Assembly: GCA_965248195.1 (NCBI GenBank)
Contig: CBDFIQ010000002.1
Coordinates: 256,001 to 320,000, forward strand
DNA length: 64,000 nt
Reading direction: 5' to 3'
Source of the DNA: Longimicrobiales bacterium
GTDB lineage: Bacteria > Gemmatimonadota > Gemmatimonadetes > Longimicrobiales > Gaopeijiaceae
Below, in pieces: positions 50,239-59,472 of this stretch; positions within the stretch are counted from its first letter, which is position 1, and each line of letters begins with the position of its first letter. The notes under the pieces were generated by a model. It saw only the letters and a program-made list of their open reading frames with translations. It searched no databases and was not told the origin of the DNA. Made by a program: the position numbers and the translations under genes.

Positions 50239-50718
50239 ATGCGCACTCACGTTCTAATGTTGGTTGGTCTAGTGTTGGTTGGCGCCGTCAGCCTCGGTAG
50301 CGCGGCGCCCACGGCGGCCCAGGCGTTCGTTCGTGAGCAGGCGCCGACGGATCGGGCGGCCGACATTCCGGTCCAGGTCCTCGCGAAGGAAATGGACATG
50401 ATGGAGGCCGAGGGGACGTCGACAGTCCGGCTGCTCGAGGGCGGGACGCACAACGTGAACATCCGGCATGACGAGAACATCACGCGGGAGACCTCGGTGG
50501 TGCGATCTCATCCGGAGACGGTCGACGTCTGGGTAGTGCAAAGGGGCTCGGGCGTCCTGGCGACCGGGGGCGAGTTGGTCGACGGCGAGCATGTCGGTGG
50601 AGTCGAGCGGGTGATCGCTGCAGGCGATGTGATCTTCATCCCGGCTGGAACTCTCCACGGCATAAGGGAGACTCAATCGATCACCTGGCTGAACATCCGG
50701 TACGATATGGTTGACTAG
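50239..50718 (+). CDS. secreted cupin-domain protein
   Basis: Signal peptide; H....D...V..GSG, GDVIFIPAG..H; GGAGG RBS. Confidence 0.82.
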   Translation: MRTHVLMLVGLVLVGAVSLGSAAPTAAQAFVREQAPTDRAADIPVQVLAKEMDMMEAEGTSTVRLLEGGTHNVNIRHDENITRETSVVRSHPETVDVWVVQRGSGVLATGGELVDGEHVGGVERVIAAGDVIFIPAGTLHGIRETQSITWLNIRYDMVD

Positions 50719-50889
50719 CTTACTCGTCCTCGATGGCTCCACGCACATGGGAACTCACTCGTGGATCTTTATCATTCAGTCTCCTAGTGGTATTTTGTAG
50801 GGTACGTAAGAACAACCCCACCCGGCCAATTCCGCCCCGCCTCTTGGCGTCCGAGTTTAGGGGAACACCCCTTGCTTCGGAGGCTTGAT

Positions 50890-51108
50890 ATGAAGAAGGC
50901 TTCTTTTCTCGTAACAGAGAGTATTCCCGGCATTGCCGCGAAAGGCGAAATCATCAAGGTGTCCGACGACGGCATACTCATCGGTCGCTGGCTGTCGCTT
51001 TCGAAGTATCCGCAGCTCATGAAGAATCGCCGTTCTCTTCGCGCCCCTTCGGGAAGTCAATATTCCCCGCCAACTCGTTCGCCGCGTCGTCCTCGGGAAT
51101 GGTGGTAA
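50890..51108 (+). CDS. small hypothetical protein
   Basis: GGAGG RBS, 72 aa. Confidence 0.5.
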   Translation: MKKASFLVTESIPGIAAKGEIIKVSDDGILIGRWLSLSKYPQLMKNRRSLRAPSGSQYSPPTRSPRRPREWW

Positions 51109-51216
51109 CGAGCTTACGTAGCTCCTCGAACCGCTACCAGGATTGGTGCGGTGGAGCTTACCCCTTAGCGGTGGAGCTTACCCGTAAAGGAAGGCGGGAC
51201 CTGGCGGCGGGCCGTG

Positions 51217-52128
51217 CTAATTGGCACGGGCCTCTTCGCCGGCTTGCACCTCGTACGCCTTGATCAGGGCCTGCGTGCCTTCGTCGGCACAGCCGAGCCG
51301 TTCGACGATGTTGAAGAACTGGTGGGCCAGGCTGGCACCGGGCAGCGCCAGCTTGACGTCGTTCGCGGCCTCCAGGACGATCTTGAGATCCTTCTGCTGC
51401 AGGCGCACCATGAAACCGGGGGCGAAGTCCCCCTTCAGAATGCGGGGCCCCAGATTCGTCAACTGCCACGAGCCCGCGGCGCCGCCGCTGATGGCATCCA
51501 CCACCTTGCCCACGTCCAGATCGGAGGCCGCGGCCAGCATCAGGGCCTCGGCCATGGCCAGGTTCGCTCCCGCCACCGCGATCTGATTGCAGGCCTTCGT
51601 CGTCTGGCCGGCACCGTTTCCGCCGATCAGGTTGATGTTCTTGCCCATCGCCTCGAACACGGGCAGACAGTCGTCGAACACGCTCTGCTCACCGCCCACC
51701 ATGATCGAGAGCGTGCCCTGCTGCGCGCCTACGTCGCCGCCACTCACCGGCGCGTCGAGCATGTGCACACCCTTCTCCCGAAGGGCAGCGGCGATGTCCC
51801 TTGTGACCCGGGGAGAGATCGTGCTCATGTCGGTGACCGTTGCTCCTGCACGAGCGGTCTGCAGCACACCGTCCTCGCCGAGGATCACCTTCTCCGCGTC
51901 GGGTGTGTCCGTGACCATGGTGATGATCACGTCGCTCCCGTTCGCCGCCGCCGCCGGCGTCGCCACGCGCTTGCCACCCGCGTCGACCACTTCCTGCACG
52001 CGCGGCCGGTCTGTGCGATTGTAGACTTTCAGCGAGAAGCCCGCTTTGATCAGGTTCAACGCCATCGGCGCTCCCATGATTCCGAGGCCGACGAAGCCGA
52101 TCTGTGTGCTCCCGGGCTTGGCTGGCAT
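51217..52128 (-). CDS. 2-hydroxy-3-oxopropionate reductase / beta-hydroxyacid dehydrogenase
   Basis: IGFVGLGIMG.PMA, DAPVSGG, GQ..KA.NQ, F.PGF; GGAG RBS. Confidence 0.92.
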   Translation of the reverse strand: MPAKPGSTQIGFVGLGIMGAPMALNLIKAGFSLKVYNRTDRPRVQEVVDAGGKRVATPAAAANGSDVIITMVTDTPDAEKVILGEDGVLQTARAGATVTDMSTISPRVTRDIAAALREKGVHMLDAPVSGGDVGAQQGTLSIMVGGEQSVFDDCLPVFEAMGKNINLIGGNGAGQTTKACNQIAVAGANLAMAEALMLAAASDLDVGKVVDAISGGAAGSWQLTNLGPRILKGDFAPGFMVRLQQKDLKIVLEAANDVKLALPGASLAHQFFNIVERLGCADEGTQALIKAYEVQAGEEARAN

Positions 52129-52496
52129 GTTTGATCTCCTCAGTACGAGTAGAAGTGGTGTCGATGGTCCTGGATGTCCGCGTCCTCGTAGATCTGTGCG
52201 AACCGGAATCTGAGCAGGATATGCTTGGCGCGCACCCTCTCCTCGCCGAGCCCTCACTCCTCTCGAGTTCCTCGAGCGACTCGCTCTGCTCATCTCCCCG
52301 CCCACGAATGCTTATCCCTGCCGCGAAAGCGTGTTTGCCTCGCCTTCGAACAGCTTGGCCCTGCCTCGGTTATCGCCTTGTTAATCTTCAGCCACGTCAG
52401 CACCTTTCCTGTCCTTGTCGTTCGGAGCCGTCTAATAGACGGCCGCAGAAAGGTCACCAGTGACGTCTCCCACCACTCGAATTTCCCGGTACGGCT

Positions 52497-53930
52497 ATGG
52501 GCGTTGATGAAGCTATCAACCAGGTGATGCGACCCCTCGCAGATCTGATTTCCCAGTTCATCTTCTACGCCGTACCTGTGGCTGGAGCGGAACTGCCTCT
52601 GATCGTAGCATGGCTCATTGCTGGGGGGCTGTTTTTCACCCTTTATCTGGGCTTTATCAATGTGCGTGGGTTCAGACACGCCCTGGACCTTGTTAAGGGG
52701 CGCTACACGGATCCCTCACAGCCGGGCGAAGTCACCCCGTTTCAAGCTCTGGCTACCGCGGTGTCGGGTACCGTCGGAATCGGAAATATGGCCAGTGTGG
52801 CTGTGGCTATATCCTTGGGCGGGCCCGGAGCTACGCTATGGATGATCATCGCAGGTGTGCTCGGCATGAGCACCAAATTCGCCGAATGTACCCTGGCCGT
52901 AAAATTTCGGCGCGCTCACAGTGACGGCTCTGTCAGCGGTGGGCCCATGTATTATCTGCAAGATGGACTGGCGCTGCGAAATCTGCCTACGCTAGGCCGT
53001 GCGCTGGGGATATTTTACGCAGCCAGCATGGTGTTGGGCTGCCTGGGTATCGGTAACATGTTCCAGTCCAATCAGGCCGCCGCCATTCTGATTGACGTGA
53101 CTGGAGGCAGCACGAGCTTCTTCCAGGACAAGGCCTGGATGCTGGGTCTTGTCATGGCCGTTGTCGTGGCTCTGGTGATCGTCGGCGGGATCAAGAGCAT
53201 CGCCAGAACCACCTCAAAACTCGTCCCCTTCATGGCGGTGTTGTACATCGTGTTGGCCCTGGTGATTCTGGCAATCAACTTTGCAAGATTGCCCACTGCC
53301 ATTGTTCAAATCTGGCAGGGTGCCTTCACTCCGGAGGGCATCGCTAGCGGCTTGGTCGGGGTCATGATCATTGGCTTTCGTCGGGCGGTATTTTCCAACG
53401 AAGCTGGCCTCGGTTCCGCTGCAATCGCCCACTCTGCGGTGCGTACCGACGAGCCTGTTACGGAAGGGTTCGTCAGTTTGCTGGAGCCGTTTATCGACAC
53501 GGTAGTCATCTGCACCCTGACTGCCTTGGTTATCATAACCACCGTTTACGACCCGGCATTGGCTTCTTCAGGTATCAGCGGGATCGAATTGACCACGAGG
53601 GCATTTGCAAGCACCCTGTCCTGGTCGCCCATCCCCCTGTCCATCGCGGCAGTGCTATTCGCCTTCTCGACCATAATTTCCTGGAGCTACTACGGCTTGA
53701 AAGCGTTCACCTACCTCGCCGGACAGCATCGGCTCGTCGATGTGGGGTTCAAGTTCTTCTACTGCAGCTTTATCGTCCTTGGCAGCAGTATCCAACTCGA
53801 CGCCCTGATAGATCTGTCAGATGCCCTGGTATTCGTGGTGGCGATTCCCAACCTGCTGGGGTTGTATTTTCTCGCTCCAGTGATAAAGAGAGAAATGCTT
53901 TCCTATCGAGAGCGCCTCAAACGTTATTGA
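52497..53930 (+). CDS. alanine/glycine:cation symporter (AGCS family)
   Basis: FQAL.TA.SGTVG.GN, GGPGA..WM, GGPMYY, FSNEAG.GSA.IAH, FIDT..IC. Confidence 0.95.
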   Translation: MGVDEAINQVMRPLADLISQFIFYAVPVAGAELPLIVAWLIAGGLFFTLYLGFINVRGFRHALDLVKGRYTDPSQPGEVTPFQALATAVSGTVGIGNMASVAVAISLGGPGATLWMIIAGVLGMSTKFAECTLAVKFRRAHSDGSVSGGPMYYLQDGLALRNLPTLGRALGIFYAASMVLGCLGIGNMFQSNQAAAILIDVTGGSTSFFQDKAWMLGLVMAVVVALVIVGGIKSIARTTSKLVPFMAVLYIVLALVILAINFARLPTAIVQIWQGAFTPEGIASGLVGVMIIGFRRAVFSNEAGLGSAAIAHSAVRTDEPVTEGFVSLLEPFIDTVVICTLTALVIITTVYDPALASSGISGIELTTRAFASTLSWSPIPLSIAAVLFAFSTIISWSYYGLKAFTYLAGQHRLVDVGFKFFYCSFIVLGSSIQLDALIDLSDALVFVVAIPNLLGLYFLAPVIKREMLSYRERLKRY

Positions 53931-54012
53931 TTTCTAGCAGACCCAGAGGCGAGAGAGTTATGGTGCCTCACGGCTTTTCGCGGGGTGGACCGTCGTACCA
54001 TCCCCACATGTC

Positions 54013-55140
54013 ATGCTGATCGGAATACCGAAGGAAATAAAGCGCGAGGAGTACCGTGTGGCCCTGACGCCGGCGGGTACCGAAGCGTTGACGCACGCGG
54101 GTCACCAGGTCTTGCTGGAGGCTGGCGCAGGCCTGGGGAGCGGCTTCACGGACGACTTCTATGCAGCTGCCGGGGCGGAGCTGGTGCCCACGTCGGACGC
54201 GGTATGGGCCAGGGCAGAGATGATCATGAAGGTCAAGGAGCCCGTCGAGCCGGAGTGGGGGCACATCCGGCCGGATCAGATTCTCTTCACCTACTTCCAT
54301 TTTGCGTCTTCCGAGGAGCTGACGCGGGCGCTCATCGCCTCCAAGGCCGTCGCGATCGCCTACGAGACGGTGGAACTGCCGAGCGGTGAGCTGCCTCTTC
54401 TGACCCCCATGAGCGAGGTCGCGGGTCGGATGGCCATACAGGAAGGCGCCAAGTACCTCGAGTGCCACTCGGGTGGCGCGGGCGTCCTGCTGGGTGGAGT
54501 GCCCGGAGTGCTGCCCGGCAAGGTCGTCATCCTCGGCGGCGGCATCGTCGGAACCCACGCCGCGCTGATGGCAGCGGGCCTGGGTGCCCGTGTGGCGATC
54601 CTGGACGTATCCCTCGCTCGCCTCCGTCACCTCGAAGGCATCATGCCGGCCAACGTCAATCTGCTCTACTCCACCCGCTATGCCATCCGGAAGCAGATCC
54701 AGGACGCCGACCTGGTGGTGGGTGCGGTGCTACTCCACGGGGCCAAGGCGCCCAGCCTCATCCTCGAGGACGATCTGAAGACCATGAAGCCGGGATCCGT
54801 GATCGTTGACGTGGCCGTGGACCAGGGCGGCTGCGTGGAGACGATTCGTCCCACCACACACGACGACCCGATCTACACCGTCCACGAGGTCATCCACTAC
54901 GGTGTCGCCAACATGCCGGGCGGTGTGCCGAGAACGAGCACTCTCGCGCTGACCAACGCCACGCTACCCTATGCCATCACGCTCGCGACCAAGGGCTGGC
55001 AGGTGGCCTGCCTGGATGACCCCGCGCTCGCGCTGGGCGTGAACATCGTGGACGGAAACGTCACCTACACCGGGGTCGCCGAGGCCTTCGGGTTGGAGTG
55101 TGTGAACGTGGCCAACTTCCTCGATCTCACCAACGGCTGA
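54013..55140 (+). CDS. ald: alanine dehydrogenase
   Basis: IGIPKEIK..E.RVALTP, KVKEP, PMSEVAGR, DVAVDQGG, VANMPG.VP.TST.AL. Confidence 0.97.
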   Translation: MLIGIPKEIKREEYRVALTPAGTEALTHAGHQVLLEAGAGLGSGFTDDFYAAAGAELVPTSDAVWARAEMIMKVKEPVEPEWGHIRPDQILFTYFHFASSEELTRALIASKAVAIAYETVELPSGELPLLTPMSEVAGRMAIQEGAKYLECHSGGAGVLLGGVPGVLPGKVVILGGGIVGTHAALMAAGLGARVAILDVSLARLRHLEGIMPANVNLLYSTRYAIRKQIQDADLVVGAVLLHGAKAPSLILEDDLKTMKPGSVIVDVAVDQGGCVETIRPTTHDDPIYTVHEVIHYGVANMPGGVPRTSTLALTNATLPYAITLATKGWQVACLDDPALALGVNIVDGNVTYTGVAEAFGLECVNVANFLDLTNG

Positions 55141-56617
55141 TGACCACCCGCTTGTCTGTGAAAAACTCGACGGCGTCCCTTCCCTGAGCCTTCAGGTCGC
55201 CGTAGAAGGAGCCCCGGGAGCCTCCGAAGGGAAAACATGCCATCGGAGCTGCTACTCCGATATTCACACCGATCATGCTGATGCCCGCGTGGTAGCGAAA
55301 CTCCCGGGCCGTCCGACCGCTCCGGGTGAAGATCGAGGTTGCGTTCCCATACCCGATCTCGTGCATGAGCGCGATCGCGTCCTCGACCGACTCCGCACGC
55401 GTGAGGCTCGCCACAGGACCAAAGATCTCCTCCTGTCCCACGTGCATTCCCGGCTCTACGCCCTCCAAAAGGGTGGGCCCGACCCAGTGACCCTCCGGGT
55501 AGCCGTCGACCTGGAACCCCCGCCCGTCTAGCGCCACATCAGCGCCTTCCCGTTCTCCCTGGTCGATCAAGGCGACGACCCGATCTCGGTGCCGGCGTGA
55601 GATCACCGGCCCCATGAAGGTGTCCTCGTCCAACCCGTAGCCCACCGGGAGGGAAGTGGCTCGGTCGAGTAACCGCACTTTCACCCGTTCATAAGCTTCT
55701 CCCACTCCCACCAGGACGCTGTTTGCGAGGCAGCGCTGTCCCGCCGAACCAAAGATCGACGAGATGGCTGCGTCGGTGGTCAAGTCCAGATCGGCGTCAG
55801 GCAGCACGACCATGTGGTTCTTTGCTCCACCCAGGGCCTGGACCCGCTTGCCGGTCTGTCCGGCTTTCGCGTAGACGACCCGAGCGACCGCGCTGGAGCC
55901 AACGAATGAGACTCCTGATACGTCTGGGTGCTCGAGGATGGCATCTGCCGCGGAGGCGTCACCATGGACCACGTTAAGCACCCCGCTGGGGAGACCTGCC
56001 TGCACCGCCAGCTCAACGATCTTCTGGTGCGTAAGTGGATCCTGCTCGCTCGGCTTCAAGACGAACGTGTTTCCGGTTGCCACCGCGTATGGCCAGAACC
56101 ACATCGGGATCATCACCGGGAAGTTGTAGGGAGTGATCCCTGCGAAGACGCCCAACGGTTGCCGAACGGTCTCACAGTCGATTCCCCGAGCGACATCCTC
56201 GAGGGTCTCACCCATCATCAGCGTGGGGATGCCGCAGGCGTGTTCAACGTTCGCGATCCCCCGCTGGATCTCGCCCGAGGTCTCGGCGACGTTCTTGCCG
56301 TGTTCCCGGGTCAGCTCTCGCGCCAAGTCATCCCGATGTTGGTCGAGGAGCGCCTTGAGGCGGAACAAGACCTGCACGCGGTCGACGGCAGGTGTCGCCC
56401 GCCACGCCGGGAACGCCTCCTTAGCCGCCGCTACCGCGACATGTACGTCGTCACGAGTCGAGAGCGGTACGCGTCCGAGGAGCTCCCCAGTGCCCGGGTC
56501 GTGGACTGGGAGGGCGTCGGATGTGGATGACGGCATCCACTCTCCCCCGATGAAGTTGGGAATCGGGAGCTCAACGTCGCCGGTCGAGCGGCTCTGGGAA
56601 GTCTCACTATGGGCCAT
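55127..56617 (-). CDS. mmsA: CoA-acylating methylmalonate-semialdehyde dehydrogenase
   Basis: GITPYNFP, KPSE, SFVGS, GGAKNH, GQRCLA, EEIFGPV, GVNIG...P...FPFGG. Confidence 0.92.
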   Translation of the reverse strand: MAHSETSQSRSTGDVELPIPNFIGGEWMPSSTSDALPVHDPGTGELLGRVPLSTRDDVHVAVAAAKEAFPAWRATPAVDRVQVLFRLKALLDQHRDDLARELTREHGKNVAETSGEIQRGIANVEHACGIPTLMMGETLEDVARGIDCETVRQPLGVFAGITPYNFPVMIPMWFWPYAVATGNTFVLKPSEQDPLTHQKIVELAVQAGLPSGVLNVVHGDASAADAILEHPDVSGVSFVGSSAVARVVYAKAGQTGKRVQALGGAKNHMVVLPDADLDLTTDAAISSIFGSAGQRCLANSVLVGVGEAYERVKVRLLDRATSLPVGYGLDEDTFMGPVISRRHRDRVVALIDQGEREGADVALDGRGFQVDGYPEGHWVGPTLLEGVEPGMHVGQEEIFGPVASLTRAESVEDAIALMHEIGYGNATSIFTRSGRTAREFRYHAGISMIGVNIGVAAPMACFPFGGSRGSFYGDLKAQGRDAVEFFTDKRVVISRW

Positions 56618-56667
56618 GATGGCTCCTCACTCCGGTGTAGTGGCTGGTCAAGCTAGGGTAACACGGC

Positions 56668-58188
56668 TCACTGGTCGGCAGCTTCTGGTGGACGCCAGTC
56701 CAGGACACTTTGGATGATTCGCTCAGCGTGCTCGGGCACGCCCTCCAGCTCCACCTCCATACCACTGGCCTGCACCTCGTCCACCAGCTCCCTCAACACC
56801 AGGGCTCCCGTGAAGTCGATTCGGCCAAGTCCTTCCAAGTGCAGGATCAGCGTGGTGGCCTCAGCAGCTTGGGCCACCCGCTCCTCGGCCATCTGCTCCA
56901 GGTATGCTGCCGACCCGAACCACAGCACCCCCCCCGGCTTCAGATGCACCCCCCGGGCGTCGCTCCAGGACTCGATGCCGGGCTTCAGCTCCCGCCAGAT
57001 ATGAACCGCCACCGCCGCCAGGATGCCCAGGACCACCGCCTGCTCGATATGCGGCGCTAACCACAGAGTGAGCACGAACGTGATCCACGCGACGGCCGCC
57101 TGCGGTCCCGACATGCTCCAGAGGGAGGCGAGAGGCCGTAGACGAACGAGGGGAGCCACCGCCACGATGACGATGGCGCTGAGAACCGCCCTGGGAAGCG
57201 GGGCGAGGACCTGAGCGAAGGGCAGAAAGACGAGGACGGTGGCTCCCGTCACTGCGCCGCTCCAGCGCGTGCGAGCTCCGGAGAGGTAGTTCAGGCTGCT
57301 TCGGGTAAAGGACCCCCCGACGGGGAACCCGCCGAAGAGGCCGGCCGCCACGTTGGCGGCCCCCTGGCCGATGAACTCCCGGTCCGGACTCCAGGCCATG
57401 CGCTCCTTGCTGGCGTAGACCCGAGCGATGGACGCGGTCTCGGCAAAGCCCACCAAGGCGATCACGAATCCAGGGAGGACGAGGACCGGCAGGCTCGCCC
57501 AGGGGAGGTCGAGACCGAGGGACGGAAAGCCCACCTGGATATCTCCGACCCGGGGACCTGTATACCCGGTGACGATGGAGAACGTCAGACCCGCGACTGT
57601 GGCGATGAGGACTCCGGGCACCAGAGGATGAATGCGGGGTCCCACATAAATCACGGCCACGGTCACCGCCGTGAGGACGAGTGCGGCAGCCTCCCAGGAA
57701 CCCGGATGAGCCAGCGTCCAGAATGCCCGTGAAAGCACTCCGTCACTCGGGGCCAGGACGCCGGCTGCCCCGGGAAGCTGCGAGCTGATGATCAGGATCG
57801 CCGCCCCCGAAGTGAAGCCGTCGAGCATGGGTCTCGACATCATGTAAGAGATCCACCCGCCCTTGAGCGCGCCCACTAAGACGCGGGTGATACCCACTAC
57901 CAGGGCCAGAAGCGCGGCCAGGCGGACGTAGTCGGCCGAGCCCGGCACGGCCAGGGGAACGAGGGCCCCCAACGTGAGCAGGGCCGTCACCGCCACGGGA
58001 CCGGTCTGGAGGTAAGGCGACGAAGCGAAGAACGCGGCCGCAAGGGGCGCCACGGCGGCCGCGAAGAGCCCATGCCGGCTGGGAAGACCCGCCAGCTCCG
58101 CGTACGCCATGGCCTGGGGAATGAGCACCAGTCCCACGCCGAAGCCCGACACGAAGTCCCTCGCGGAAGGCCTCTGGACAGCCTTCAA
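56668..58188 (-). CDS. sulP: SulP-family sulfate permease with STAS domain
   Basis: IPQAMAYA.LAGLP..GL, GGSFTRS, C-terminal STAS IDFTG. Confidence 0.92.
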   Translation of the reverse strand: MKAVQRPSARDFVSGFGVGLVLIPQAMAYAELAGLPSRHGLFAAAVAPLAAAFFASSPYLQTGPVAVTALLTLGALVPLAVPGSADYVRLAALLALVVGITRVLVGALKGGWISYMMSRPMLDGFTSGAAILIISSQLPGAAGVLAPSDGVLSRAFWTLAHPGSWEAAALVLTAVTVAVIYVGPRIHPLVPGVLIATVAGLTFSIVTGYTGPRVGDIQVGFPSLGLDLPWASLPVLVLPGFVIALVGFAETASIARVYASKERMAWSPDREFIGQGAANVAAGLFGGFPVGGSFTRSSLNYLSGARTRWSGAVTGATVLVFLPFAQVLAPLPRAVLSAIVIVAVAPLVRLRPLASLWSMSGPQAAVAWITFVLTLWLAPHIEQAVVLGILAAVAVHIWRELKPGIESWSDARGVHLKPGGVLWFGSAAYLEQMAEERVAQAAEATTLILHLEGLGRIDFTGALVLRELVDEVQASGMEVELEGVPEHAERIIQSVLDWRPPEAADQ

Positions 58189-58299
58189 GCCGGCACCCCC
58201 ACGTCGGCTTGGGCCTCCCAGCCCAACCTCTCGCGAGACAAGAAGGGGCGGATCGACGAGCTGGTCATGGTGGCCCCATCCGCATCAGACGCCATTCCA

Positions 58300-59460
58300 T
58301 CAAGCAGAATCGGTGGGAGATGCGACACCTTCCCCGCTTCGTGAGGCAGCATCGTGCAGCATGGCCACCGTACGATAGACGACGTGAGCAAACTTGGAAT
58401 ACGGGATGTACACGAGCAGGAAGAACACGAACAGGAGGTGCACGAAGTACGTCGGGTACGCAATGGCTCCGACACCCATCAGCCTCGTGACCTGCGCGAG
58501 AAACCCCGTAAGCGTGGTCAGCAGCAGGATGTCAAGGAAGAGCCAGTCGGAATAGGTGCTCTTGCCAGCCTGAATCTTGTCGGCGATCCGGCGGTAGCCG
58601 AACCCCAGGAGCGCGACGATGACCGCGGCCCCACTGAGGTTGCCGAGGATCTTCACGGGATGCCAAAGCGGCCAGGGCGTGAGGTAGCCGAAGGCGTAGA
58701 TGCCGATCCCGACGGACGAGGTCGTCACCACGAGCCCGAGGAAGCCGTAGAACGCCAGCAGGTGGGTGCGAGCAAAAGGCTCCCGAGGCGATGGGCGGGT
58801 TCCGGGCGATTCGTCAGCACACTGCCTGAACTTACGGTGTCGGAGGATCGTCCGGAGCGTCGGCAGCAGCCGCACCGGACCTCGGTCGCGGATCATTCCA
58901 CGGTTCATCGCCCTCCAATATCGAAGTCCGCCTGTTGCCGCCGCGGTGAGTGAGAGCGCCATGGCCGCGGTGAAGACCACTTCGATGAAGACGATGGGCA
59001 TGAACTTGGAGAAGACGACGGTGCCCCCCGGCAACGCGGTAAGGTTACCGATCCCCGCGAGAATGGCACCGAAAATCAGGGCCGGGATGGCGAACAGGAG
59101 CGGCAAGAACTTCGACTCGCCCAGCATGCGACCCATCACGCGAGGCACCGCGTAGTGTTCAATGCTGTACTCCCTGAGGGCAGCCATCACCTGGGCGGGC
59201 TGCGCCTCTCTCGGACAGTACGAGGTGCAAATGGCACAATCGTGGCACGCCCATATCGAAGAATTCGACAGCGCCAGATCCTTCAGGCCCCACTGGACCC
59301 AGACCATCTCCTTGCGGGGAAACGGATTCTCGGGGGTGGAGATTGGGCAGACGATCGAGCAGGTCCCGCACTGGTAGCAGGCGGTCAGGTCGTGCGCGCC
59401 CCGACCGAGGATCTGGGACTTGAACTCTAAATCCGGCTGGATCAGCGACGTCTCTGGCAC
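58300..59460 (-). CDS. qmoC: quinone-interacting membrane-bound oxidoreductase subunit C
   Basis: CYQCGTCSIVCP and CHDCAICTSYCP, PFPRKEM.W.QWG, TM region with YFVHL and PYSKFAH. Confidence 0.93.
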   Translation of the reverse strand: MPETSLIQPDLEFKSQILGRGAHDLTACYQCGTCSIVCPISTPENPFPRKEMVWVQWGLKDLALSNSSIWACHDCAICTSYCPREAQPAQVMAALREYSIEHYAVPRVMGRMLGESKFLPLLFAIPALIFGAILAGIGNLTALPGGTVVFSKFMPIVFIEVVFTAAMALSLTAAATGGLRYWRAMNRGMIRDRGPVRLLPTLRTILRHRKFRQCADESPGTRPSPREPFARTHLLAFYGFLGLVVTTSSVGIGIYAFGYLTPWPLWHPVKILGNLSGAAVIVALLGFGYRRIADKIQAGKSTYSDWLFLDILLLTTLTGFLAQVTRLMGVGAIAYPTYFVHLLFVFFLLVYIPYSKFAHVVYRTVAMLHDAASRSGEGVASPTDSA

Positions 59461-59472
59461 GCTCGACCCCCC

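Noticed and set aside
51148..51183. Duplicated 16-mer GCGGTGGAGCTTACCC
   Set aside because: Only two copies between convergent genes; no function can be supported.
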